Below are positions 39,467 through 53,650 of a DNA stretch of 64,000 bases, one piece after another (positions within the stretch are counted from its first letter, which is position 1; every line of letters starts with the position of its first letter). Source of the stretch: Octopus vulgaris. Lineage: Eukaryota. Location: contig OX597823.1 of assembly GCA_951406725.2 (NCBI GenBank), positions 33,790,001-33,854,000 of the forward strand, in the 5' to 3' direction. The notes beneath the pieces are model-generated. The model was given only the letters and a program-made list of their open reading frames with translations. It searched no databases and had not been told where the DNA came from. The position numbers and the translations under genes were made by a program.

Positions 39467-40962
39467 CAGGCTTCTTTCAGTTTCCATCTGCCAAATGCAC
39501 TCACAAGCCTTTGCTTGGCCTGAGGCTATAGCAGAAAACATCTTGCCTAAGGTGCCACACAGTGGAACTGAACCTGGAACCATGTGGTTGGGAAGCAAGC
39601 TTTTTACCACATAACCATAGCTATACCTATACATACATATATCTACCTTTTAGCAGTTGAAATATGTGACAAACATATTTCAATTATCTAAATTCTGCCC
39701 ATACCTAAACACTGCTTTGTGCCAATGCTTCGTTATATACATATATACATACATACATGCATACATACACACATACATACATACATACACACATTCGTAT
39801 GTACGTATGTGTATATGGATGTATGTAGTCAGACAGTCAGACACACCTGAGTTACATCTTATGACTGCCATATCTTATCCTTCACACATCTGTTATCATT
39901 CTCAACACCTTCTCATATGTACCTTCAATGCTCCCCCCCCCCACCATCTTTGTCTGCCATTCACTGTTTTCTCCCCTCTATACCTCTGATCTCCTTCTCT
40001 CCCCCCTCTCCCTCTCTCTTTCTCTCTCTCTCTCCCCACACATCAGGTCCCTCTTTCTCATTTACTCACCTTGCTGCTTCCTCCCTTTTTTTGTTCTGCC
40101 CCTTACCACCTCTTACCCTTGCTTCTGCTTCCTTCACTCCCACCCCATTTACCATCAACCACACACCCCCACTCTTGTTCATTACCTTCACCTCTCCCAC
40201 CATCCCTAACCATCTCTCCCTCTTCTCTTACACCCAATCCTCTGTCCCTATGATCTCTTAAAGCCTTTTTGTACCTTGAGTGTATGCCCTTACTCCTCAT
40301 TGCCACATCATTCTCTTCTTACCCAGCGACTTTCACCCACCCTTATATAATGCAGGGTAGCCTTTTTTCTCTTCCACAGTAAGACACCTGCCCCTTTCCT
40401 TCTATAATAATTTAGCTCGCAATACCTAACGTAATGCTACTCTCCTCTCTTCTACAATCCCACACATTCGGGGGTGGGGGTGGGGAACCTTTCCCTTTCA
40501 TCATCATCATCGTCGTCGTCGTTTAACATCCTCTTTCCATGTTGGCATAGGTTGGACGGTTTGACTGAGGACTGGTGAGCCAGGAAGCTGCACCAGGCTC
40601 AAATCTGATCTGGCAAAGTTTCTACAGCTGCATGCCCTTCCTAACGCCAACCACTCCAAGAGTGTAGTGGGTGCTTTTACGTGCCACTGGTATGAAAGCC
40701 AGTCAGATGGTATTGGCATCAGCCATGCTCAAACGGTGCTCTTTATGTGCCACCTGCACATGACATACTTCACTAATGTTGGAATCATTAAAACATGCAC
40801 CCAGTACATTCTGTGCATGGTTTTAAAAAAAGGAATCGAAACTGTAGAGACTAGGTCAAAGTAGTTATCGGAGATCAGTGCAGTCATCTGATTCTTTGAA
40901 TCCTGTAGAACCATCAACCCATGACAGCATAGAAGATGGACATAAAATGATGATGATGATGA

Positions 40963-40995
<33 letters not shown>

Positions 40996-41335
40996 CGTCG
41001 TCATCATCATCATCATCGTTTAACGTCTGTTTTCCATGCTAGCATGCATTGGACGGTTCAACTGGGGTCTGGGAAGCCAGGAGGCTGCACCAGGCTCCAG
41101 TCTGATCTGGCAGTGTTTCTACAGCTGGATGCCCTTCCTAACGCCAACCACTCCATGAGTGTCGTGGATGTTTTTTATGTGCCAGGCAAGGCTGGCAACA
41201 GCCACGATCAGTTGGTGCTTTTTACATGCCACCGGTACGGAAGCCAGTCAAGGTGGCGCTGGCATTGGCTACGTTCGGATGGTGCATTTTACCTGCCACC
41301 GGCACAGGTATCACAACTACAATTTCCATTATATA

Positions 41336-41660
41336 CAAGAGTGAGTCAAAAAGTAATGCCATTTTGTTTAGGACAGGTATAATTACCACACAGGAACATT
41401 TATCATACATCAAAATGAAGATGGTCCTCTGTGGATCACATCCGTACTTCTCAAGATTGTCACTGTTTCTCTCAATAGCATTGTTCCACCTTCGAATGAG
41501 AGCATGTATACCTGCCTCGTAAAATTCTGTTGACTGTTCTTTGAGTCACTTCTTCACTACAGTTTTCACTTCCTCATCATTGGAATAATTTAGTGCCTTC
41601 AGACTATCATCTCTTCGGCCCCATGAAAGAGGGTTTGAGAGGCAGACATTATTCCAGTGA
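41336..41660 (-). mobile_element. Mariner 3' fragment with an internal inversion
   Basis: Minus: YSNDEEVKT..EFYEAGIHALIRRWN; plus: PSDYHLFGPMKEGLRG. Confidence 0.75.
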
Positions 41661-41933
41661 ATACACATATCATTGTACATATATCATCATCTCATACATA
41701 TATCATCATCATCATCATCATCAACCTCACCATCATCATACCATGTATATGTATGGCAAACAACTGACATCTCTTAGTTTCATGTTACTATGAAACATGG
41801 TAACTGAATTAACAATAAATCAGTTAACCCCAGTTAACTTCAGTTAGCTGATTTACAAAAGTAGTGATAAAACTCCTACTTCTATTAACTGCTTTTTCAT
41901 ATAGTTTGTGTATATCAAGTTTTACCTATCTAT

Positions 41934-42010
<77 letters not shown>

Positions 42011-42979
42011 ATACACGTGTGTGTGTGTCTGTGTGCATGCAGTAACAGAGGATGCAAAGTAAAAAAGGTCTCAAATTTCTATTCTGAATGGTATTAATAT
42101 TATTAACTTTTATTAACTCTACCATCTTTATTCAGTTACAGTTCCTTGTGTGTGTGTGTGTGTGTGTATTTGTAGTTGTGACCCCCATAAAAAGCACCAT
42201 CCAATCATGTTCGATGCCAGCTCCTCTGACTCCTTGTGCCAGTGGCACATAAAACGCTCCCACTACACTCCCGGAGTGGTTGGCGTTAGGAAGACATCCA
42301 GCTGTAGAAACACTGCCAGATCAGATTGGGGCTTGGTGCAGCCTCCTGGCTTCCCAGACTCCAGTCGAACCGTCCAACCCATGCCAGCATGGAAAATGGA
42401 TGTTAAACGATGATGATGATGATGAAGATTATATATATGTGGTAAATGAAAGACAGAAAATGGAGTATACGAAAATTTAAAATATTAATCAGGACAATTG
42501 TTTTGATGTATCTAGTGTTGATCCTTCATGGGTGGGACACTTAACAACTGGTTCAGGAGCATCTGACAGTGCAGATGTGTCTCACTGGGAGATAAATAGA
42601 TATAACTTGTTAAAATAACAGTTCTGCAGTGTATCATCTCATTTTGTTGAAAGAAAAGCAGAAAAACGAAGGAAATATCTTCATTTATATAGAAGATCAA
42701 AAATAAAATCTCAGATGCAAAAAAGAAACAAACATGCAATACAGCGACAAAAGTATTAAAAATAACCGTTAACAGATATGGAAGCATAAATGTCCTCGTG
42801 CAAGATGCAAGGTGCATGTACACTTGCTTATACAAGCATCCATGAAAATGTAAGCATACGTACATATGTAGTTTGGTGCAGTCACAATCACAAAGTGAGT
42901 TAAATAGCTACTTGGTGTTTATAAGAATGGTGAGGTTAAAAGTAAACTTGATTCATTCATAACTTAATAAAAATTATGT

Positions 42980-44420
42980 TAACAGTTACTCAAATTCATT
43001 CTCACTGCATTGTGCAAAAGTACATTTATATGCGTGGAGGTATCTTGAGAGTCTTTCAGAACTTCTCATTGGTCCACAGAATAGACAGCGATTCCTCGGA
43101 GCAGAGTCAGTATCTCTTGGAAATGATAGTGTATGGTTTTGAATGCCTTATTTTGAACCAAGTTATATTGTACTTAATTTTACCTTCCTTCAGTCGCCAC
43201 ACAAAATCAGTGAAAGATGTTGAATGTCTCTTATAGATTCTCTTGAAGCTGGTGATATTTGTTGCAATAATGATTCTTAAATGAATCAGCTGTCCGCCCA
43301 ATTTAAACATGCGGCTCTCCTTTTGTGTGCATGGTACATTTATATACAAGATTTTTACTCAAACAGAGATTCATCACTGGGCATTTTGATTTTTCTCTGC
43401 ATGAGCATTTATCATATTTATTTATATATATGACAGTTCTGACTTCATTTTCCAACGTTATTACTGTGTTAGCTATAACATAAGCATTTCTACTATCACA
43501 ACTTGTCCATATTTGGTGCTTCTCATTGCACCAAATTTCCTTTGTTGGTAATTAGATGTGTATGCTCACTAGATCCTATAGGTGGATTATTGAACTGTTG
43601 TCACATTTTACTATTGTTTATGTAGTGCACAAGCTGCTCTAAATTAGCAGAGTTAGTGTAGCATACCTTTTTGGTGTGCCAATTAAAAATTGCATGATAA
43701 TGATTAAATTTAGGAAAACATTTGTCCAAAGTAGCAAAAAACTTTCCAGTGAACTTGGTTGAAACATTTGAAACAAAACTTGGGTTGAACCGGAGGACAT
43801 CCTTATCCCTATATCTGTTGTTTGGTTTATTTGATCAAGTTTGTTGTACAGGATTGGAACAATTTGCAGTGTTATGAGCAGTTGGATTATTATGTCACAT
43901 GTATCTATGAGTGTTCATTGGTAGTTCATTGTCTTGACCATTTCTTCCTGGCCTGTATTCTTGATTTGAGTGAATTCTCATACTGTAATGTCGCGATGGT
44001 GTACAACATGTATTATTACTATTGGAGGAATTATAAGTATTGTGTATGCCTGCTTCTTGTAAATATTAAATCTTCTTACAGTACCCAGCCCTAGCTAAAG
44101 CAGCATTGTAATAAGCTGCATGTGATTCAAAAATTTTATTATTAGCGGATAATCTAGACATTCTTGTAGAAATATTCTTAACTAATCCCTGTATTATTGA
44201 GGGTGGAAGGTTGGATGCTATTTTAATGTACTTGATATGATCATTTGGCTTATGAAATGGCTCATATAATCCAGTATCAAGACAGAAGAAAGCATCAAGA
44301 AAATTTATTCAATGATAATTCTTTCCCATTGTAATGTTTAGTCCTAAATTTTTAAAAAAGCTAAAGAAATTTTCCCTATGCCTTTCGAATTGTACTTTAC
44401 TACTTCTGTCCATTAGAAAA
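42980..44420 (-). mobile_element. Penelope-like element remnant, Hydra-type RT C-terminus, linker and GIY-YIG
   Basis: VLRFNPSFVSNVST..CFPKFNHYHAIFN..KVCY; CSCREKSKCPVMNLCLSKNLVYKC..IG; TDFVWRLKEGKIKYNITW..PY..LCSEE. Confidence 0.8.
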
Positions 44421-44444
44421 TTACTATTTGTGAATCTCAAAATG

Positions 44445-44720
44445 AGAGATTGTTTGCCAGCATAACATGGCAGTCTTTGTTTTGGATGAATGTTGCTGAA
44501 AATTAGCCCCAGGAGATATCATCTCCAGCTGGCTATATGACACAATCTGTATCCTTATATTTTTGAACAAGCGAATCTTGGAAGTGCTAGATTCCCTTGT
44601 TCAAAAATATAAGGACAAAGATCGTGTCGTATAGCCAACTGGAGACAATGTTTCCTGGGGCTAAATTACAGCAACATTCATCCTAAACCAGGACTGGCAT
44701 GTTTTGTTGGCAGATTATCT
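44445..44720. repeat. Fold-back element with ~133-bp arms and a structured TAGCCCCAGGAGA..TCTCCAGCTGGCTA motif
   Basis: Arms around a loop at about 44579-44588; motif shared with 63060-63773. Confidence 0.9.
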
Positions 44721-44959
44721 TTACTACTCCTCTCCAGAAATAATAAGGTGTCATCCCTAAATAGATCCTCTGTTACTTCTGGAAAGGAACATAGGATTAA
44801 TGAAAGGGTATATATTCCAACTAAGTCCACTCAGCCTAAAATTATGGACTACTATTTTGTCTAATTGCATTTCACGCCAGTTGGGTACAAGCAAGCATTA
44901 CATACATATACGCATCCATGCATGTATACTTACATACATGCATACATATGTATGTACAT

Positions 44960-45011
<52 letters not shown>

Positions 45012-45338
45012 CATCATCATCATCATCATTATCATTTAACGTCCGCTTTCCATGCTAGCATGGGTTGGACGGTTCAACTGGGGTCTGAGGAGCCTGAAGG
45101 CTGCACCAGGCCAGTCAGATATATATATATATATATACATGCATCCATGCATGCATTCATGCATATATTCATGCATACATGCAAGTGCAGGCACAGCTAG
45201 GTGCAGGCATGGCTGTGTGATAAGAAGCTTGCTTCCCAACCACATGGTTCCAGGTTCAGTCCCACTGCATGGCACCTTGGGCAAGTGTCTTCTACTATAG
45301 TAGTGGATTTGGTGGATGGAAACTGAAAGAAGCCTATC

Positions 45339-45374
<36 letters not shown>

Positions 45375-45769
45375 ATGTGTGTGTGTGTATGTGTGTGTAA
45401 ATGTAAGTACTGTAGACAAGGCTGTGTAGTGTTCGATTATAAATTGATAAAAAATACACATTAATTACATCCCGTACTTGTCTCTCATTATGTGTTGACG
45501 TATTTTTCACTCATTGGTGATGTCCTATGCTTCATGTGTATGTGTCTGTATTTGTCTCCTTACCATTGCTTGACAAGTGATGTTGGTGTGTTTATGTCCC
45601 CATAACTTAGTGGTTCGACAAAGGAGACCAATAGAGTAAGTACTAGCCTTACAAAGAATGGGGTTAATTTGTTCAACTAAAGGCAGTGATCCAGCATGAC
45701 CACAGTCAAATGACTGAAACAAGTAAAAGAGTAAAAGAGTAGATAGATAGATGGATAGATAGATAGATT

Positions 45770-45809
<40 letters not shown>

Positions 45810-45819
45810 CATACATACA

Positions 45820-45851
<32 letters not shown>

Positions 45852-45985
45852 GGCAGGAGAAAAAAATCACCATTCCAAAATATAACAATATGTATATATG
45901 TATATAAATATATTTATTTTATGTCTGGGGAGAGTTACCTTGCCTTATTATCTAACACACTCACCAGTTCAGTGCACACACACAC

Positions 45986-46034
<49 letters not shown>

Positions 46035-46949
46035 TATATATATATACATATATATATACACACACATATATATATACATATATATATATCATCCTCATCA
46101 TTATCATCATCATCATCATCATCATCATCCTCATTTTGGTTCTATAAGTTGGTTAGTTCAACCAATTTTCACAAGTCGAAGTACTACACCATGCTCTCTT
46201 GTCTCAGATTTCCACAGTGTGTACTCAGCACAAAGTTTTAATGGCACATCTTTTAGTGAGGTTATCGTGTAATTCTCAACACTAAAGAACCAACCCATAG
46301 CTAAATGGAAAGTAACAAGGAGAGAAGGAGAGAGAGGGAGAGAGAGAGATAATAAAGTATGATGAGGTGGATAGAGTTATTGTTGTGAAAGGTGGACATT
46401 AAGAAAGTAACAAATTCTGAGGGAAGGGAGCAGGGAAATGGAGATGATGAGTGTTGGGTTTGATGAGGATGTGAGGGACTGAACAGTAATCATCAGGACA
46501 CAATAAATTTCTGCAAACTGTCTGACTTAATAAGCTTAGTAAAAATCATAGTCATGAGTTTTATCAGCTGGAGTTAATTAATTAAACTCAAGTTGACATC
46601 CTTTTAAATCTAACTAATAAAGCATGAAGCTGTACTTTTTATTAGGTTAATCCAGTTTGCTGAAACATAGTGTGTACCGATGAGAAATATAGAAATTTTG
46701 ACATGCATAATGCTTCAAACGGTTTTCAAACTCAATTTGTTTTTATTCTGTTTTGGAAGAAAGATTTTTTATTTCCAATCAAAAACTGTTAATTTTAAAA
46801 GCAGAATGACAAATCTTTTGGTAAGAAGTGTTTATTATATGTAAGTGCTTTTACTGTTTACATGTTTTCAAACATACATATTATAGGGTAATCTGTACAC
46901 AGGAAATTGATTCTAGTAGCAGTATTAACTATTTCTAGTTTAGCTTTAG

Positions 46950-48370
46950 ATTTAGAATCTTTATGAAGCATTTTTCTTGCAGGCACTCTTGATAAGTTTT
47001 GACCTGACTAGCTTATATCCCCTATAGATTAAGATTACAAGCAGTAGAATTCTGGATAGACAAATACCCACACAAATTCCCAGATGATTATGTACTTGAA
47101 GGGTTACAACTGGTTCTAGAAAGCAGCAACTTTTTTGCTAACCAATATTATCTCCAAATAATAGGAACAGCCATGGCCACAAAAGTAACACCTGAAATTC
47201 TCACAATCACAATGGAATTCCTCAAAGAAAAAAATCTATGCCTGTTCTGGTATTGTTTTTGATCAGTATTTCCAATGCAATTTGAAAGAAACTGGAAAAT
47301 ATTCCTGTGTGACTGCTTCATAATTTGGAATAAAAGTAAGGAAGATCTTGCAAAATTCCTTAAATTAATACCTAGCATCCATGAATTGGGCCAGTTCGCC
47401 ATAAAAATGAATGAAATGGAACTTCCTTTTTTGGTAATTAAAGAGAATGAGAATATTACAACCAGTCTCTACTCCAAGGACATGGATACATACCAATACA
47501 TAGATTTTAGATCTGGCCACCAATTCTATATTGAATGGAACATCCAGTTTAACATGATAAGATGATTATTTTCAATAAGCTATGGACACAAATTGGTAAG
47601 ACAGATGACTGGTGGGACTAAAGGTATTCCTTCAGAAACAAAAATACCTGAAAAACAGTAAATCTTGCCATAACCAAAGTAAAAGAGATTCCAGTCTCTG
47701 TCGTGCAATGAAATCCTCACAATGAAGGTGAAGACAAAAACAAAAACATTTAATTTGTAGTTATCCATAAGACTAGAAACCATAACATCTTACATTCAAC
47801 AAAATGATACTTTCAAATCTTATATCAAATCTCAAAAAATTAATTCAATAATCTCAAATTATTAACAGCTGAAGTCAACCATCAAATCTTAAAAGTCTCT
47901 TAACAAAGATAAAATTCTCACTAGAAGAAATAATAAACTGAAAGTTGATGAAAATATAAAATTTAAAACAAAGAATCTCATAAACTGCATCACATACTCA
48001 TAATGAGAATTATATCAGCCAAATAGGATCAAAATTAATTATTGTATTAGAGTTTATAAACAACAAATCAGAATCATCTTTTAGAAAAATTCTGTATTGT
48101 GAACATTTAGATATTTGTGAAATGGAAAATTGAAAATATTGCCTTTTTCAAAATAAAAGAGGAAACTGATCAACTGCAAAAGACAAAAGGATATTTTATA
48201 AGAATTCTAAATCAGAAACTAAACCAAATTGGTCAACACTTCTACTAAGAACAATTTTGTCTTTGGAAATTACTCCCGTAGAATGTAAGTCTGAAAAGCT
48301 GTAAGTAGCAAAAGTACAATCGAATAATTCTTTCCAAAAGATTTACATCATTGTTTCTTCTAAAATTGTT
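46950..48370 (+). mobile_element. Penelope-like element remnant (RT and GIY-YIG); degenerate HHR-like motifs downstream at about 48271-48306 and 48783-48822
   Basis: SFDLTSLYP; YYLQIIGTAMATK; WKIFLCDCFIIW; LPFL..LYSK..TYQYIDFRSGH; NLINCIT..NYISQIG..HLDIC. Confidence 0.85.
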
Positions 48371-48486
48371 TATATATATATATTTATAGGTATATATATA
48401 TATATATGTGTGAATATATACATACATACATATATATACATATATATGTGTATATATGTACATATATATATATGTGTGTGTGTGTG

Positions 48487-48577
<91 letters not shown>

Positions 48578-49084
48578 ATATTTATGTATATATATGTATG
48601 CATATGTGTGTATATATATATATATATATAAACATTTGTGATTTTTAATTTAAGAAATCTTTATTCAAATATTGTAGCAATATCAAGAATTCTTTCTAAA
48701 AACTTCTTTTTAGATATATATACACAGGTATGTATTTACGTATAAATTTATGTGTAATTGAAATACTCTGACATTTTCTCAGCTGATGAATATCATCAGT
48801 GGAAGATCATTGAAACACATGCAATGAAAAAGTTTTGAATATCAATAATTTGTTTTCTGTGTATATTTCAAATCATGTGACTCTTGTTACCATTCCTTAG
48901 CCTGAACCTTAATTTACATCACTTTGAACAATGCATCATGGGAACACGGGGGTTCAGCATAGTTTGAATATTGAGCCTTCATTTGTATGTTAACATGTTA
49001 AGCATTTTAGTATATCACTAAGCATATATATGTATATAGATATATGTATGTGTGTGTGTGTACATATGTATATGTATATGTATA

Positions 49085-49959
49085 CAGGGTGTGATGGGTA
49101 AATTGTCGCCATTCTATATTTCTAATTTTTTGCATGCACATTGCTTGTTTTTCCTTTTGTTGCCTACACAGTATAGTTGGGTCAGTTGGGCACTATCTGT
49201 GGGAAAAACAGCACCAAGATGCAATTCACTCTTCCAGAAATTTGCCAAACGACATGCTGTGTGGCTTGATGTTCATGCCAGAAGCTCCAATACGAACATT
49301 TCAGATTTTTGGTGTCAATCTGAGGACATGTATCGAGAGTGATAAAAATCAAACATCCAGTCAACATCATGGTGTTTGGAGTCATCATTAGTGATAGCAA
49401 CGTTTTGCCTACATTCATCTTCCTGTAGAGCCTCAAACTCAACACGGATATCTATATCAAGTGCCTGGAGGAGGCAGTGTTGCCTTGGGTCAAGAGCATG
49501 GCTGCTGGAAAACCTTATGTCTAGCAACAGGACTCTGCACAGTTCAACACAAGCAGAAGAACCCAGTCATGGATGTTTGACAATTTCTGTGAACACATTA
49601 CCTCTAACATCTCGCTACCTAACTCCCTCCCCACACTGCAAACCCCTTGATTATTATGTGTGGGGTGCAGTTGAATGAAAGACCAACAAAACTCCTTGTA
49701 ATACCAAAGATAAACTGAAGGCAAAGATTATGGCAGCATTCACCAACTTAAGCAAGGAGACTGCCCAGAAGTGTTGCAGAAGATTCTGAAGTCGTTTGGA
49801 TGCTGTGGTTGAAGCCAATGGGGATTTTATTGACTACATTTACTCTTTGGTATTTCAAGATATTTTTATGGAAGTTTGGTAAATATATCTGTTAAAATGA
49901 GATGTCAGCGTTATTTTCATTTTTGCGTAATTTAGATGACAGTTTATTCACCGCATACA

Positions 49960-49960
<1 letters not shown>
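49085..49960 (+). mobile_element. Internally deleted maT (DD37D) Tc1/mariner element, copy 1
   Basis: TA-flanked imperfect TIRs CAGGGTGTGATGGGTAAATTGTC; ..QQDSA..PLDYYVWGAVE. Confidence 0.88.
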
Positions 49961-49998
<38 letters not shown>

Positions 49999-50227
49999 CA
50001 GAGAATTTCAAAATGCAAGATAGAATGAACAGGCTTTATCACAAATTGCATTTATAAAGCACACTGTATGGCTATTACCTGTATAATAATAATATACATT
50101 AAATACACATGAACACACATGAACACACACAGATAGATAGATAGACATATATATACACGTGTGTGTATATGTAAGTATGATTGTATGTATGTATATGTAT
50201 GTATGTGTTTATGTATGTATGTATGTT

Positions 50228-50500
50228 TATTGTTGTATTTTGGAATGGTCATTTTTTTTGCCAAATAAACACACACAACATATATTCGTTCTTCATTCGT
50301 TTATTGCTGTTCTTATTCTAATTCATTATCAGGAAATCTTTCATCACACATCTGTGACCTCTTCAGCGACAAAAGATTTCCGGACAATGGCCATGAGTTA
50401 GAATAAGAACAATAATAAACGAGTGAAGAACGAATATATAATGTGTGTGTTTATTTGGCAAAAAAATTTTTAAAAAACCCATCCCGAAATACAACAATAT
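50228..50500. mobile_element. Fold-back PLE-like tail with a central hammerhead (50326-50373, minus)
   Basis: Arms mirror each other; UUGUCG-CUGAAGA-G-GUCACA GAUG UGUGAU-GAAA-GAUU-UC. Confidence 0.75.
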
Positions 50501-51389
50501 CTGTTTCAACACATGGTTTCACATCAGGAATCTTGCAACACAATTTCATAAACATAATATATATGTATGTATGTATATATATATATATATACGTATGTAT
50601 GTATATATATATATATGATCATATTGGAGTCTGGTGTGGCCATCTGGCTTGCCAGACCTCAGTCAAACAGTCCAACCCATGCCAGCATGGAAAGCGGATG
50701 TTAAACGACGATGATGATGATTATGATGATGATGATGATATACATACACTCACACATATATATGTTTGTAATGTATGTATATGTATGTATTGTTAGGTCA
50801 CTTGTGAAGTCTCTCATGAGTACTACAGGTAACATGGAATCCAGAACGACCTGTTGCATTGTCAAGTCTTTGGCAGTTAAACAAGCACCCTCACCAGGCT
50901 TGCCTGGTTAGAAGGGCTGCTAGAAACCCTGTAGAACTGAAGACAAGACCTTTAAAAAAAGACAGGCCCTCAGAAATTCCAGTTTGGTGTCTGGCATGCT
51001 GGAAAACAACTGGAGATGAGGCACCCCTCAGCTTTTGCTAAAACACGTATCTTGGAGAAGACCGCTCTTATATAAAAACAGATACGAAGGGAATGGCACT
51101 GAAGATTTTGGGATCATGCAGTTGAAATCATGGTGCTCCTACATTCCTGAGCCTGTGACCCATATTGGCACTGGTTATCCTGCCTGGGCTTGTCTCTAAG
51201 AGCATGTCAGTAGATTGGAGAGAGTTTATGAGGTGTTGTGCAAACCTTATTGAACCTAAACTCTTTTGGACTGGCATTGCTTTGTCAGTGACGGTCATAC
51301 TTGTGTACAAGTTGACAGTCATTATATGTATATATGTATGTGTGTGTGTGTGTGTGTGTGAGTGTGTGAATTGTGTGTGTAAATGTATA

Positions 51390-52248
51390 CAGGGTGAGAT
51401 GGGTAAATTGTCGCCTTTTTATATTTTTAATTTCATGCAAGCGCATTGTTTGTTTTAGATTTTGTTGACTACACAGTATAGTAGGGTCTGTTGTGAGAAA
51501 AACAGCACCATGACACAATTCACTCTGCCAGAAATTTGGAAACAACATGCTGTACTACTTGGCATTCACACCAGAAGCTCCAATATGAACATTTCAGAGT
51601 GTTTGAGTGTCAATCTGAGGACATGTACCGAGAGTGATAAAAATCAAACATCTAGTCAACATCATGGTGTTTGAAGTGATCACTAGCGATGGTGACATGC
51701 CTCCATTCAACTTCCCACACTGCTTCAGACTCAACATGGAGGACTACATCAAGTGCCTGGAGGAAGTAGTGCTGCCCTGGGTGAAGAGGGTGGCTGCTGG
51801 AACACCCTATGTCTGGCAACAGGACTCTGCACCATGTCACTCAAGCAGGAGAACCCAGTCATGGCTGTCAGACAATTTCTGCAACCACATCACCCAGAAC
51901 ATCTGGCCATTTAACTCCCCAGACTGCCTTCTCCTTGAGTATTATGTGTGGACTGCAGTTGAGTGAGAGACCAACAAAACTCCTTGTAACACCAAAGATG
52001 AACTGAAGGCAAGGATTATGGTAGCATTTACCAATTTAAACAAGAGGACCGTCCAGAAGGGTTGCTGGAGATCCTGAAGTCGTCTGGAGGTCGTAATTGA
52101 AACCAATGGGGATTTTATTGAATAAATTTACTCTTTAGTATTTCAAAATATTTTTATGTAATTTTGGTAAATATATCTGTTAAAATGAGATGTCAGTTAT
52201 ATTTTCATTTTTGCATAATTTAGATGACAGTTTATTCATTTCACCTTG
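51390..52248 (+). mobile_element. Internally deleted maT (DD37D) element, copy 2
   Basis: YVWQQDSAPCH..WPFNSPDCLLLEYYVW with 37 residues between the acidic residues; TIRs and TA TSD. Confidence 0.9.
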
Positions 52249-52385
52249 TATATATGTACATACATGTATGTATCTATTTATATATAAACTTCAATTAGAA
52301 GTTGTGTTAACCTTATGAAGGGATGGTTTCATCCAAGGAAATACTGCTTCGATACCTAGTATTTTGGGGGAATTAATTTTCTTAA

Positions 52386-52416
<31 letters not shown>

Positions 52417-52514
52417 AACATATAGTTTATACTCATATAAAAGAAAGACTGTATCATTCAGTCTGCTATAAGGAATCTATAAACACATATAAAACATCAA
52501 AGGGTATATTTTTG

Positions 52515-52595
52515 TCCCTCTGAAGATATTATGCTCAAGTCATATAAATATAAATTTAATATTTACTGGGTATTAATTGAAACAGCTGTAAGGGA
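52515..52595 (+). ncRNA. Type I hammerhead ribozyme, intact core
   Basis: UCCCU-CUGAAGA-(long AU-rich stem II)-GAAA-CAGCUG-UA-AGGGA. Confidence 0.78.
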
Positions 52596-52639
52596 TGATG
52601 ATTAATTTGCTGTTAAAAATAATATATATATATATATAA

Positions 52640-53510
52640 ACAATAAATTAAATAGAGAGATGCAATTGACAATCTAATAATTTATTAATATTATAATATG
52701 CCATATTATACTAAGTATATATTATAATATAATATTATATAAATAATTATTAAAAAACCAAGGAAGCCAACAATTTGTTTCAACTTATATACATTTTATA
52801 GTATATTAACAATTCAATTCCCTTATATAATCTCATCAGAGCCAAAGGTTTGAAGATAAACGAAATTCCGTATGAAAGGACATCTGGATTGTAAAAAAAT
52901 TAATTCAAATGCCTATGTATTATGAACATGAACATTAACTATTCAACAACAAATCAATTATAATTAAAAACAACAGAATTATAGCGGGCAAAATAATTAA
53001 GTAAGTAAAATCTACAACTATTGAAATATATTTCTATATATCTGAAATAATAGTAATCCAAACTTGTTTATGTTGAAGACAATCTTTTGATATTACAATA
53101 ACATACAACAATAATGTATATGTATATAATCAAGTATCAGGGTCTTAATCTAGAAACAGTAATAAAACGTGTAAAAAAATATAAATGATAATTATGTTTT
53201 TAATATATCATAGCTCTTCTATTTTTTTAAAGTTACTGATATAAAAAAGAATGTTTAAAGTAACTAATAAAAAATGTTCTTTACTTACTTTGTCTATCTT
53301 CAAACCATTGGCTCTGATGAGACTTATATGAACAAATTGAATTGTTTATATATAAAAAAATGTATATAAGTTGAAACAAATTGTTGGCTTTTTAAAAATT
53401 TTTTAATAATTGTTTATGTTATCTTATATTATATTCTTAGTATATTATCTTATATTATAATATAAATGAATTATTAAATTGTCAATTGTATCTCTCTATT
53501 TAATTTATGG
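52640..53510. mobile_element. AT-rich element with ~220-bp inverted arms, each carrying a hammerhead (52765-52843 minus, 53310-53389 plus)
   Basis: GGCU-CUGAUGA-GACUUAUAU..AUAUAAGUU-GAAA-CAAAUUG-UU-GGCU. Confidence 0.8.
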
Positions 53511-53615
53511 TTTGTAATTTGAGTTATACCCATATTTATGTGGTATTCAACTGACATACCAGTGATGTGGATGTTTTACACACCATTCTGCAGGAATTCT
53601 TTTCCTTAGTTTGTT

Positions 53616-53647
<32 letters not shown>

Positions 53648-53650
<3 letters not shown>

